A DNA stretch of 64,000 nucleotides from Vulcanimicrobiota bacterium (GTDB lineage Bacteria > Vulcanimicrobiota > Xenobia > Xenobiales > QWHO01), in the NCBI GenBank assembly GCA_039809865.1, contig JBDHVW010000011.1:31470-95469 (forward strand), read 5' to 3'. Made by a program: the position numbers and the translations under genes. The notes beneath the pieces are model-generated. The model made no database searches. It was not told the origin of the DNA and was given only the letters and a program-made list of their open reading frames with translations. Of this stretch, positions 1-10,814 are shown one piece after another (position 1 is the first letter of the stretch; every line of letters starts with the position of its first letter).

Positions 1-41
1 CGGGGCTCAATCGCGACGCCCGCCTTTTCCTGCTCGACGGC

Positions 42-2150
42 GTGGCCAGGACGCGCGAGCAACTGGGCGGCCTGGACGGCTGGACGAAAGCGATGGGCAC
101 CGTGCTGGGGGGAGCCAGGACGAGCCCGGGCGATCTGCTGGACGGCCACCAGAAGCTGCGCTCCGACCTGTCGGGCTACCTGGAGAGAGAGCTCGGCTCC
201 TTGCCCCCCGACCAGCTCGGGGAGCGCCTGAAGAATCCCGCGATTCGCGACTTCCTGCTGCCAGAGGCCGAAGCCGGAATGCTGAGCCGCCTGGCGCTGA
301 AAGGCGGCCTGGACCGCCAGCAGCTGGCGGCCGCCAATCGCCAGCTCGAGAAGGACTTTTCCATCAGCAAGCGACCCACCGTCGAGCGCCGCTTCCGCGA
401 GATGGTGGCCGAGGGCGCGCGCCTGCAGCCCAACGAGCTGGACGCCATCTTCCCGCCCGACAAGCGCACCTTCTCGGATCGAGCGGCCCTGCTGCAGAAG
501 GAAGTCCGCGGCCTGTCGGCGCTGGTCTCGGCCGCCTGGACGCGGCCCGTGGAGGACCAGCTGGCCACGGTGGATTACCTGATGGGTCGCCGCTCCGAGC
601 TGCCCGACTATCTGTCCGGCATGGAAGCCGACCTGGAAGGGAAATCCACCCGGGTCACCCTGACGCCTCTGATGGAGGAGGCGCGAGCCGCGATGCAGCG
701 AGCCGATCTGGGACTGCGCACGCTGGTCGCCGGCAGCTTCCTGGGGGGCCCGAACTCGTTCTTTGCTCGTCCCGAGGGGCGCGCGGAGCTGGTGGAGCAC
801 CTGATGGGCGATGTCCGCCCCGAGCGCCGCGATCTGGCCCGCGAGCTGGCCCATGCCCTGATCGAGGCCCACGGCACCAACGCCGCCGTGGCGGCCGGTT
901 TCGCCCTGGCTCAGCCTCCGGGCGAGAAGGGAAGCGAAGGCGAACTGCTCAGCAACCTGATGGACGCCTACGGGGTGCCGGGGGTCAAGTTCAAGCAATA
1001 CCTTGCGTTTACAAGCCAGATGCAAGAATACAGCCAGGTCTTCGAGGAGGCCCAGGACCACGCGCTACCGCTGAGCTATCTCGAGGGCGTGCGTCTGGCC
1101 GAGCACCACCTGGGCAAAGAGTGGCCCGCGCACTGGAAGCTCGAGGGAATCAAAGGCTCCGGCTCGGTGAACGTGGCGCTGCGCATCCTGGACGAGCGGG
1201 ACGGCAAGCACAAGATCCTGACCCTGCCCCGCGAGAATGTGGACCAGACGGCCGGCTACGACTTCATGCGGCTGCGCAATTTCCTCGAGACGTTGACGAA
1301 GACGCCCGAGAACCGGGAGCGCTATGGCTTCCTGCTCGGGCTGCTGCAAGTGATCGAGCCCTCGGTTGGATTGGAGTTCGACCGCCAGAACGCGGCCGAA
1401 ATGCAGAAAGCGGTCCAGCCGCTCTACAATCGCGAGGTCAACGGCTGGAAGGTGCGCACGGTGAGCGTGCTGGAGCAGCATGGAGACGCCATCCTGATGG
1501 ACGAGGCGCCGGGCAGCACCGCGCGCAAAGTGCTCGAGAGCGATCCGGCGACCTACCGTTCGGCCATGGGCGCCCTGGCCGAGGTCGAGCGGGACGTGCT
1601 GCTCGGCGTGGACCAGAGCGGGAAGGCACGCCCGGTGCCGCTGCACGCCAATCCCGATTTCCACGACGGCCAGGTCCTGATCGACCCGGTTACCAGGACC
1701 GTCACCCTGCTCGATTTCGGGCAGGCCGTGCCGATCTCCAACGAGCGGCGAGATTACGGCGTCGATCTGCTCTCCATCCTGTCGGGCGCCCGCAAACCCG
1801 AGGTGGCGGCCCGCATGCTGTCGGAGCGCTCCGGGGTGGCTATCAGGGCCGAGGAGGTCGCTCCCCTGATCGGTGGCCGGGAGCCGATGGACGGCTTCGT
1901 GCGCCTGCTCGGGATGATGAACGTGAAGGGGGCCCAGGTGCCCCAGGACGTCGTCCACTGGATCCTGGCGGTCAACCGCCAGCGCAAGCTGGGTGCCAAG
2001 ATGGGCCGCCCGGTGGACGGCGAGCTGCGCACCACCATCGTCGGCCGCAAACTGGGGGCCTCGCTCGAGACGACCAATCTCGTGGTACACGCCCAGCGGA
2101 GCCTGACGCAATTGACCCGCAGTCTGACCGGGTGGTGGCCGGACTTCTAG
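42..2150 (+). CDS. ABC1/UbiB-like atypical protein kinase domain protein (C-terminal domain). The N-terminal ~450 aa have no recognised function. The gene probably continues upstream of the window.
   Basis: Long ORF with coherent amino-acid composition. The C-terminal 'LHANPDFHDGQVLID...LLDFGQAVPI' matches the ABC1/AarF/UbiB kinase core (HADPHPGNILV...IDFG). The ORF is open to the window edge, and position 42 is a GTG. Confidence 0.5.
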   Translation: MARTREQLGGLDGWTKAMGTVLGGARTSPGDLLDGHQKLRSDLSGYLERELGSLPPDQLGERLKNPAIRDFLLPEAEAGMLSRLALKGGLDRQQLAAANRQLEKDFSISKRPTVERRFREMVAEGARLQPNELDAIFPPDKRTFSDRAALLQKEVRGLSALVSAAWTRPVEDQLATVDYLMGRRSELPDYLSGMEADLEGKSTRVTLTPLMEEARAAMQRADLGLRTLVAGSFLGGPNSFFARPEGRAELVEHLMGDVRPERRDLARELAHALIEAHGTNAAVAAGFALAQPPGEKGSEGELLSNLMDAYGVPGVKFKQYLAFTSQMQEYSQVFEEAQDHALPLSYLEGVRLAEHHLGKEWPAHWKLEGIKGSGSVNVALRILDERDGKHKILTLPRENVDQTAGYDFMRLRNFLETLTKTPENRERYGFLLGLLQVIEPSVGLEFDRQNAAEMQKAVQPLYNREVNGWKVRTVSVLEQHGDAILMDEAPGSTARKVLESDPATYRSAMGALAEVERDVLLGVDQSGKARPVPLHANPDFHDGQVLIDPVTRTVTLLDFGQAVPISNERRDYGVDLLSILSGARKPEVAARMLSERSGVAIRAEEVAPLIGGREPMDGFVRLLGMMNVKGAQVPQDVVHWILAVNRQRKLGAKMGRPVDGELRTTIVGRKLGASLETTNLVVHAQRSLTQLTRSLTGWWPDF

Positions 2151-2173
2151 CTTCGGTCGCGAACGGGGGGGTT

Positions 2174-3217
2174 ATGCGTCGACATCTCGTTCCCGTGCTC
2201 CTACTGCTCTGCCTGGGCGTGCTGATGAATCAGCCTCCGCGCAAGATCGGCGAAGTGGGAGAAGGCCTCACCCTGGCTTCGGTCTCGCCCGATGGCAAGT
2301 TGTGCGCGGGATTGCGCCAGGATGGCTCGTGGAGCTTCGTGGTCTTCGAAGTCGCCAGCGGTAAAGAGCGTTTCGGACAGAAGCTGCCCGACGGCCCGGC
2401 CTCGTTCAACCCGTTCGCCTGGTCGGCCGACAGCGCCACGCTGGTGGTGGGTACCGGCGAGCAAGTTCTGGTGCTGGACAAAAACTTCCAGCGCGTCCGC
2501 AAGCTCAAAGCCGACTGGATGGTGCGCGACGTGCGCTTCAGCGGCTCGGTCCTGATGGCCCGCTGCGACCACGCGGTGCTGCTTTACGAAATGCCCGGCG
2601 GCAAGATGTTCTATCGCCAGGCCCAGCAGCGGCTGCTGGCCGCGCGGCTGAGCCCCGACGCCCGCTACCTGGCGCTGGCCAGCTACGAGGAGCCGATCTT
2701 CGTCTTCGACGTGAAGGAGAAGCGGGTCGTACAGCAACTGAAAGCGGGTCCCGTGACGATCAACCTGGAGTTCTGCCGGAACTCCGAGTGGCTGGCCTGC
2801 GGCTTCCGCTTCCGCGACCAGCGCGACAAAGATCTGGCCCTGGTCTACGACTGGCGCAACGCCCGAATGGTGGGCGACTTCCTGGGTCAGCGCGGCATCA
2901 TGGGTTTTGCGGTGGCCCAGGACGGCTCACGGCTCCTGGCGCGAGGTCTTCAGGAGACCCGCGTCTGGGACGTGGCCACCAGCAAGCTGCTCTGCCTGCG
3001 CACCGTTGATTCGCAGGTGATGGATGCCCTGTCGGCCGACGGTCGAATGGCCGCCTCCGTGCCCGTTGGCCGGAACCAGGCCGTCGTCTGGCACACGGAC
3101 GACGGTCGGGACGGGTTTACCCTGGAAACCCGCACACCGCCGACCGGCGTCTCGTTCCCGGGCCCCGGCCTGGTGGGCGTGACCGCGGGCTCCCAGTCGG
3201 TCTACCAGCTGCCCTAG
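2174..3217 (+). CDS. Secreted beta-propeller (WD40/TolB-like) repeat protein
   Basis: ATG at 2174 after the stop of the upstream gene. N-terminal hydrophobic signal peptide (VPVLLLLCLGVL). Repeated 'DG-hydrophobic' strand motifs typical of beta-propeller blades. The upstream part of the 698-aa ORF in the track is RG-rich antisense noise. Confidence 0.5.
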   Translation: MRRHLVPVLLLLCLGVLMNQPPRKIGEVGEGLTLASVSPDGKLCAGLRQDGSWSFVVFEVASGKERFGQKLPDGPASFNPFAWSADSATLVVGTGEQVLVLDKNFQRVRKLKADWMVRDVRFSGSVLMARCDHAVLLYEMPGGKMFYRQAQQRLLAARLSPDARYLALASYEEPIFVFDVKEKRVVQQLKAGPVTINLEFCRNSEWLACGFRFRDQRDKDLALVYDWRNARMVGDFLGQRGIMGFAVAQDGSRLLARGLQETRVWDVATSKLLCLRTVDSQVMDALSADGRMAASVPVGRNQAVVWHTDDGRDGFTLETRTPPTGVSFPGPGLVGVTAGSQSVYQLP

Positions 3218-6200
3218 AATCCGCTCCAGGTGCGATTGTCCAGCCACATCTCGGTGATCTCCTCGGCCGGGACGGGCTCGCTGAAGTAGAAGCCCTGGGC
3301 GAGCTCGCAGCCTTTATCCAGGAAGAACGTGGCCTGCTCGGGGGTCTCCACGCCCTCGGCCACGGAGCGCACGCCCAGGTTGGAGCAGATGCCCAGGACG
3401 GCCACGCAGATGCTGGCGCCGTGCCGGCTGCCGACGTCGGAGACGAGCGTGCGGTCGAACTTGAGCATCTTGACCTGCGTCAGGCGCTTGAGCGACGAGA
3501 ACCCGACGCCGAAGTCGTCGATGGCGATCGACGCGCCCGTGCGCGCCAGCTCCTCGAGCGTCAGGTCGGTCCGCTCGGGGTCGACCAGGTTGGAGCCTTC
3601 GTTGATGTCCAGCACGATCGACTTGGGATCGGTGTTGGTGACTTCCAGAGCCTTCAAGAACGTCTTGGCCAGGTCGGCCTGCATGAGCTGGCGCGTGCCC
3701 ACGTTGATGGCCGTGAAGATCTCCAGCCCCTCGTCACGCCAGAGCGCCGCCTGACGGCAGCCCTGCATGATCGCCCAGGTACCGATGGGCACGATCAGGC
3801 CGGTCTCGTCGGCGGTCGGCAGGAAGTCGGCCGGGAGCAGCACCTTGTTCAGCTCGGGATGCCGCCAGCGAATCAGCGCTTCGGCCCCGGCCAGGCGACC
3901 GCTCGAGAGGTGGACGATCGGCTGATAAAGCAGCGTAAACTCGTCGTTCTCCAGCGCCTGCCGCAGCTGGCCGTCGAGCGACAGTTTGCGCTGGCGTCGT
4001 TGCTTGAGGTCGGCCGTGTAGAACTGCAGGTTGTTGCGACCGGCTTCCTTGGCGGCCACCATGGCAGTTTCGGCGTGCTCGATGAACTCCTCGGCGGTCT
4101 CCGCGTCCAGGCTGATGCTGGCTCCGATACTGGCGGTGACGTGCAGCTTCTGGTTTTGCACCGAGTACGGGGGCGCCAGGGCTGAGAGAATGCGGTTGGA
4201 CACCAGGGTGGCCATCTGCTTGCAGGCGTTCATCCAGTCTTCGGGCGTGCGCACCTCGGGCAAATCACCCTTCTCCAGCTCCGAGAGGAGGATGAGAAAC
4301 TCGTCGTCGCCCCGGCGCCCCAGCACGTCGGACTCGCGGGTCAGGGCCTTGAGGCGGTCGGCCACCTGGCGCAGCACCTCGTCGCCCGCGCGGAAGCCGA
4401 GCGTGTCGTTGATGACCTTGAAGCGATCGAGATCGATGCACAGCAAGGCGGCACCGCGCTTGTAACGATGGACCTGCTTGAACGTGTAGTCGATGTACTG
4501 CTGGAGAATGTTGAAGTTGGGCAGATTGGTGAGGCGGTCCTCGAACGCCATCCGCTCGGTCTCGGGATCGAGCTCGGCGCCCTCGCCCGATTTCAGGCGC
4601 TCCTCGGCCTCGTGATACTTGCGTTTGAGGTTGTCGATCTCGCGCTCGAGCTCGACCACCTTCTCCTCGGCCGTGCGCAGGCGCGCGCTGGCCTGCACCA
4701 TGCGCTGCTCGGACTGGAAGAGCCGATCGACCGACTCGCGCGCCTTCTGCTCGGCGGTCTTGGCGCGGGCCTCGGTGTCCTCGAGCTTCTTCTTGAGCTC
4801 GTCGAGCCCGGACTGGTCGGCCACGCTCCGGGCACTTTCCAGCGCCTGACGGGCCTGCTCGAGCTCCTCTTTGAGCTGGATCGTGTTGGCCTCGACCTCG
4901 CTGAACTTCTCCTCGAGCTCGGCGGCCCGCTCGTTCGCCTCGTGAGCTTCTTCCTCGAGCTCGGCCTGCTTGGCCTCCGCCAGCTCGGCGCGCTCCACCG
5001 CTTCCAGCTCGGTGCGCTCGGCGTTCTCCAGCTTCTCGCGCAAGGCCGTCATCTCGGCCGAGCTGGTTGACGGCGCCTCGGTCGGCGCGGCCGCGTCGGC
5101 GGTGGCGGCCGTGCGCCCGGTGGCGACTTCCAGCGAGCGCAGCTTGCGCTCGGCCTCGCGGGCGCGCTTCTCGGCCACATCGGCCCGCTCTTCGGCGGCC
5201 CGGGTGGCTTCGTCGGTCTCTTCGTAGATCTGCTTGATCTGCTCGAGGCGGAACTCGGTCTGCTTGAGCTTTTGCTCGAGCTCCTCGGTGGCCTGCGCGG
5301 CCGCCGTCATCTTCTCCTCGGCCTCCTGGGCCCGGGTCTGGGCCTGCTCGAAAGCGTCCTTCGAGGGCGCCGCGGCCAGCTTGTCCTCGGCCTCGAGCAG
5401 GTTGGCCTCGAGCATCTCGAGCATCTCCCGCAATTCGGCAGCCCGCGTCTCGGCGTCAGAGGAGCCCTTGACCTTCGTCTCCAGCTCGTCGATGCGGCCC
5501 TGGTGCTCGGCGGCCTCGGCCTGAGCCTGCTCCAGCTGAGCCTGCAGCTCTTCTCGCAGCTGCTGGGCCTCGGCGAGCTGGGCGTCAAACTCGGCTCGCG
5601 CCTTATCGACGGCCTCGGTATTGGTTTCCAGGGCTTTCTTCTGACGTTCGGCCTCGGCCAGCTTGTCCTCGGCCTCGAGCAGGCTGGCCTGCGCCGTCTG
5701 CAGCTGCTCCTCCATCTCGCCCAGGCGATTCTCGGCCTCGCGCTGCTTGGCCGTCAGGGTGGCGCTGTTGGCCTCGGCCTCTTTCAGCCGGGCCTCGAGC
5801 TCCTTCTGCTTCTCGTCGAGCTCCTCGCGCCGCGCCTGCTCTTCTCGCAGCTTGCTCTCGGCCTCTTCCAGCCGGGTCAGCTTGGTCTCGAACTCGCGCA
5901 GAGCCGCACCGTGGCTTTCATCGGCGTTGCGCAGGCGCTCCTCGAGCTCTTCGCGGGCGCGCTCGACCTCCGAGAGCTTCTCGGCCATGTCGTCCTCGCC
6001 CGCCAGGCGCTCCTCAAGCTCCTTGCGCGCGCGCTCGGCTTCGGAGAGCTGGTCGGCCATGCGTTGCCGGGCCTTGATCTCCTCCTCGTGCTTGAGGTCG
6101 AGGTCTTCGAGCTTGGTCTCCAGCTCGGAAAGGCTGCTCTTGAGGTCGTTCTTGTCGTCCTCCAGCACCAGGAGCTGTTTCTCCAGCACCTCGACCTGGC

Positions 6201-6585
6201 CGCGGGCCGCGGTATGGAGCTTCTCGAGCTCTTCCACGCGGGCCCGGCCCTCGGCTACGGCTTTTTGCTCGAGAACCAGCTTGTCTTCCAGCTCCTCGAC
6301 CTGGGCGTGGGGAAGCTCCATCGAGTCGCGCAGGCGGCGCGCCTTGATCTCGGTCTCGGCCAGGATGGCCCGCAGGTTGATGGCCATCTCTTCGAGCGAG
6401 GGCTCGGGGGTTTCGTCCTCTTCCTCCTCGGCCTCCGGTTCGGCTTCGGCTTCGGCTTCAGCTTCAGCCTCGAGCTCGGCTTCCTCTTCGGGTTTCTCCT
6501 CGGTCACCACCGGAGGATCGACCGCCGGCACCTTGATGGCCCCCGACTGCTTGTTCTTGCCGCCCTTGAACTTGTTCTTGCCCAT
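3214..6585 (-). CDS. Coiled-coil protein (~700 aa) fused to a degenerate GGDEF domain and an EAL c-di-GMP phosphodiesterase domain
   Basis: AAGGAAG RBS 5 bp upstream of the ATG at 6585. Long E/A/L/K/R heptad-like coiled-coil. GGDEF-fold region 'DLDRFKVINDTLG...RRGDDEFLILL' with signature GDDEF (not GGDEF) and an RESD (RxxD) site upstream. EAL motifs EALIRW, DDFGVGFSSL, EGVET and QGFYFS are present. Confidence 0.85.
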   Translation of the reverse strand: MGKNKFKGGKNKQSGAIKVPAVDPPVVTEEKPEEEAELEAEAEAEAEAEPEAEEEEDETPEPSLEEMAINLRAILAETEIKARRLRDSMELPHAQVEELEDKLVLEQKAVAEGRARVEELEKLHTAARGQVEVLEKQLLVLEDDKNDLKSSLSELETKLEDLDLKHEEEIKARQRMADQLSEAERARKELEERLAGEDDMAEKLSEVERAREELEERLRNADESHGAALREFETKLTRLEEAESKLREEQARREELDEKQKELEARLKEAEANSATLTAKQREAENRLGEMEEQLQTAQASLLEAEDKLAEAERQKKALETNTEAVDKARAEFDAQLAEAQQLREELQAQLEQAQAEAAEHQGRIDELETKVKGSSDAETRAAELREMLEMLEANLLEAEDKLAAAPSKDAFEQAQTRAQEAEEKMTAAAQATEELEQKLKQTEFRLEQIKQIYEETDEATRAAEERADVAEKRAREAERKLRSLEVATGRTAATADAAAPTEAPSTSSAEMTALREKLENAERTELEAVERAELAEAKQAELEEEAHEANERAAELEEKFSEVEANTIQLKEELEQARQALESARSVADQSGLDELKKKLEDTEARAKTAEQKARESVDRLFQSEQRMVQASARLRTAEEKVVELEREIDNLKRKYHEAEERLKSGEGAELDPETERMAFEDRLTNLPNFNILQQYIDYTFKQVHRYKRGAALLCIDLDRFKVINDTLGFRAGDEVLRQVADRLKALTRESDVLGRRGDDEFLILLSELEKGDLPEVRTPEDWMNACKQMATLVSNRILSALAPPYSVQNQKLHVTASIGASISLDAETAEEFIEHAETAMVAAKEAGRNNLQFYTADLKQRRQRKLSLDGQLRQALENDEFTLLYQPIVHLSSGRLAGAEALIRWRHPELNKVLLPADFLPTADETGLIVPIGTWAIMQGCRQAALWRDEGLEIFTAINVGTRQLMQADLAKTFLKALEVTNTDPKSIVLDINEGSNLVDPERTDLTLEELARTGASIAIDDFGVGFSSLKRLTQVKMLKFDRTLVSDVGSRHGASICVAVLGICSNLGVRSVAEGVETPEQATFFLDKGCELAQGFYFSEPVPAEEITEMWLDNRTWSGF

Positions 6586-6695
6586 GTGCTTCCTTACCGA
6601 GATTGCTGAAATTCGGCCGTTCGTTTCGAGCCGAGACCCCGCGCGCACCTGCCTGCGGGAAGGAATCTCCCCCCGTCGTGGGGGACTGCCCAGGG

Positions 6696-7946
6696 ATGGG
6701 CGAGGCTTCCGACGAGATGGACCGGGTTCTGGAGGCGCTGGGGCGCGGCGGCCGACACGAATCGGCCGGGTTCTTCACGATCGACGTGATGAAAGCTTTG
6801 CCCAAGCTGAGCCGGCACCAGCTGCCCATGCCTTCTTTCTATCTCCTCAAGTGGGTGCAGTGGGCGGTTGCCGCGCGGGCCCAGAATATCCGGGTGAAGA
6901 CCGGCTCGGGCAAGGTCAGCCTCGAGCATGACGGCGCGGCGCCCTCGGTGGAGCAAATGCAAGACCTGCTCCAGTTCGTTTTTCGCAGCCAGCGCGAGCC
7001 GCTGCATCATCTGGCGGTGGGTATGGCCACGGCGCTCACGCTCGCCCCGCGCGCCGTGCTGGAATGCTGGGATGGACAGGTGGGCCACCGCTGGATCGTC
7101 GAGCCCGGGGGAGTCCGGCTCGACGGAGCGCCCCGCCCCCGGGAGAAACCCTTCTGCCGCCTGACCTTGCCGCGCCAGCCCGACGTGGAAGAGCAGCTCC
7201 TGCGCAACTTCTGCCCCTTCTGCCCGGCCGCCCTGACGATCAATTCGTCGCGGGTGGACCGGCAGCTCTTCGGGGCGCCGGAGCGTCCCTGGCTGTTCCG
7301 CAACGTGCTGGAGAAGGTCCTGCCCGACAGCGAGGCGTTGGGTCGGCTCTATCGCCAGGCTATGCGCATGCCCGCGTCGTTCAGCGCGGGAGAGGAGCTC
7401 AAATCCAAGCTGCCCTGGTGGTTCCTCATCTTCCACATCGAGGAATACGTGCTGGGCTCGGTGCACCGTCATCACCACCTGCTGGAAGCCCAGTTGGTGC
7501 GTAACCTGCCCACCGATCGCGTGGGAGTGCCCCCCGACAGCCGCGCCAGCCTGCGCTGTCACATCGGCATGGAGGAGAGGGGGGCCGATTGCTGGGCCCT
7601 CATCGCCGTGGAGACCTCGCTGGAGGAGCAGGCCCGCGTTGCCTTCGTGCGCGACGGCGTGCTGATTCCCGCGCAGGCGCCGCCACTCCCTCTGCCGGGG
7701 CTGGTGATGGCCATCTCCAGCTATGGCCTGACGACGGACGCAAGCGAGTTCGCGCTGGTCGAGGATGACGCGCTGCGCACGGTGTGGGAGACCCTTCAGG
7801 AGCGCCTGAGCGAGCTGGCCGAGAAGCTGCTCAAAGCTTGCGAGGACAAGCAGATTCCGCTGGACTGGTATGTCCAGCCACGCTTGCAGAGCCACTATAG
7901 GGAAAACCGTTTGCGGCGCGAACGAGGGCGTTACTTCGGGACCTGA
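6696..7946 (+). CDS. Hypothetical protein. Its N-terminal region is paralogous to the CDS at 59369..60946.
   Basis: ORF with an ATG at 6696 (MGEASDEMDRVLEAL...). Shared motif G-FTID...KL..QL..P..Y.L..V..AV with the 59369 gene. No recognisable catalytic motifs. Confidence 0.5.
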   Translation: MGEASDEMDRVLEALGRGGRHESAGFFTIDVMKALPKLSRHQLPMPSFYLLKWVQWAVAARAQNIRVKTGSGKVSLEHDGAAPSVEQMQDLLQFVFRSQREPLHHLAVGMATALTLAPRAVLECWDGQVGHRWIVEPGGVRLDGAPRPREKPFCRLTLPRQPDVEEQLLRNFCPFCPAALTINSSRVDRQLFGAPERPWLFRNVLEKVLPDSEALGRLYRQAMRMPASFSAGEELKSKLPWWFLIFHIEEYVLGSVHRHHHLLEAQLVRNLPTDRVGVPPDSRASLRCHIGMEERGADCWALIAVETSLEEQARVAFVRDGVLIPAQAPPLPLPGLVMAISSYGLTTDASEFALVEDDALRTVWETLQERLSELAEKLLKACEDKQIPLDWYVQPRLQSHYRENRLRRERGRYFGT

Positions 7947-7977
7947 CGCGAAGGCAGGAGCGGCCGACGGAGGTAAA

Positions 7978-9174
7978 ATGCAGATTCAGGGCAGTGGCAA
8001 GGGCTGGGTGAAGCTCTTGATTCTCGGCGGTGCCGTGGTGATCGGCTTGCCGCTCGTCGTGGGCGGGCTCTACTTCTTGTTCGGCAACAAGGGGGAGAAA
8101 GAGTCGGCTCCCAAGCCCGAGGAGAAGCCGCCGCAAGACCGGCCGAGCCCCGAGAAAGCAATCGCGCAACCGATCGTTCCCCAGCCCGTAGGCACCAATG
8201 GCTCGTCGGCTCCGCCGCCGGTTGCGGAGGCTCCCCCGCCCAAAGAAGAGCCCCAGATGCTGGAAGAGGTCGTGCCGGTGGAGGAGTCGTTCGAGCGCAT
8301 CGAGGAGTCGGTGGAAGAGTCTTACGAGATCCCCGCCAGCCTGGAGACGCTGCCCGTGTCTTCGGAGGAGTCGCCCCGCGTGGTGCCGGCCGAGATCCAG
8401 GAGTTCCGCTCGGCCATGGTGGCCGCCATGCGTCTGCTCGAGGAGAAGGAGCCGCCCAAATGGCTGTCCTCGATGCTGGGCAACGTCAAATCGTTCGGGG
8501 TGGACAGCGAGAAGACGCCCGACCGGCGCCGCAGCATTCGCGTCCACAGCCAGCTGGCGCTCGACTTCAAGCTGGGCGACAAGACCGGTCAGGCGCAGGT
8601 GGTCAACATCGGCCTTGGCGGCCTGCACCTCTATCTCGATATCGAGCCCGAGCGGGGCGATACGATCGTGCTGCTCGACCCGGCCGTGGGCAAAGCCAGG
8701 CCCATCGGCATCAAATACCAGGTGCAGTGGGTGCGCAAGATGCCGCGCAGCACGCGCCTGCTGGTGGGCGTGAACTATGACGAGAAGCCCGAGACGCTGG
8801 CCAGGTCCCGCCTGGCGCAGCTGTTGTCCGAGCTCGGGTTTCTCGAGAAGCTCATCTACCGGCGTCGGCGCAGCCGCCGCGTCAAAGCGCGCATCGAGGT
8901 GGCCGTCAACAAGCAATATGACGGCACCGTGCTGAACATCGGCGTGGGAGGCGTGCTGCTCGAGTGCGCCGAGGAGCTGGCCGAGGGCGCCAACATCTCC
9001 CTCACCGTCGGTCCCCAGGGCCGACTGTACGCTCTGAACACCGCCGGGGAGATCCGCTATCGCCTGAAGACCGAAGAGGGATGGCATTACGGAATCCGAT
9101 TCTTGCACTTGAATCCGGATCAAGTCAAACTTCTGGGCAAATACGTGCTGGAGCAATTGAAGGAAGAGGCTTAG
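7978..9174 (+). CDS. Membrane-anchored tandem PilZ-domain protein (putative c-di-GMP receptor)
   Basis: GGAGG RBS 5 bp upstream of the ATG at 7978. N-terminal TM helix, then a Pro/Glu-rich linker. Two PilZ signatures: RRRSIR...DxxLGGLHL and RRRRSRR...NIGVGGVLL. Confidence 0.75.
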   Translation: MQIQGSGKGWVKLLILGGAVVIGLPLVVGGLYFLFGNKGEKESAPKPEEKPPQDRPSPEKAIAQPIVPQPVGTNGSSAPPPVAEAPPPKEEPQMLEEVVPVEESFERIEESVEESYEIPASLETLPVSSEESPRVVPAEIQEFRSAMVAAMRLLEEKEPPKWLSSMLGNVKSFGVDSEKTPDRRRSIRVHSQLALDFKLGDKTGQAQVVNIGLGGLHLYLDIEPERGDTIVLLDPAVGKARPIGIKYQVQWVRKMPRSTRLLVGVNYDEKPETLARSRLAQLLSELGFLEKLIYRRRRSRRVKARIEVAVNKQYDGTVLNIGVGGVLLECAEELAEGANISLTVGPQGRLYALNTAGEIRYRLKTEEGWHYGIRFLHLNPDQVKLLGKYVLEQLKEEA

Positions 9175-9215
9175 CGACCGGGAAATCCCTCAGGATTGGC
9201 TCGCCGGAGGTGGGG

Positions 9216-10810
<1,595 letters not shown>

Positions 10811-10814
<4 letters not shown>

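Noticed and set aside
1121-3217. 698-aa plus-strand ORF spanning the first two genes
   Set aside because: The N-terminal two-thirds is an RG-rich alternative frame of the ABC1-kinase gene. Only the part downstream of the ATG at 2174 (signal peptide plus propeller) looks genuine.
5272-6931. Plus-strand ORFs 5272-6609 and 5663-6931 (L/G-rich and S/R-rich)
   Set aside because: Low-complexity translations antisense to the coiled-coil region of the GGDEF-EAL gene. The codon periodicity of a repetitive coiled-coil generates long open antisense frames.
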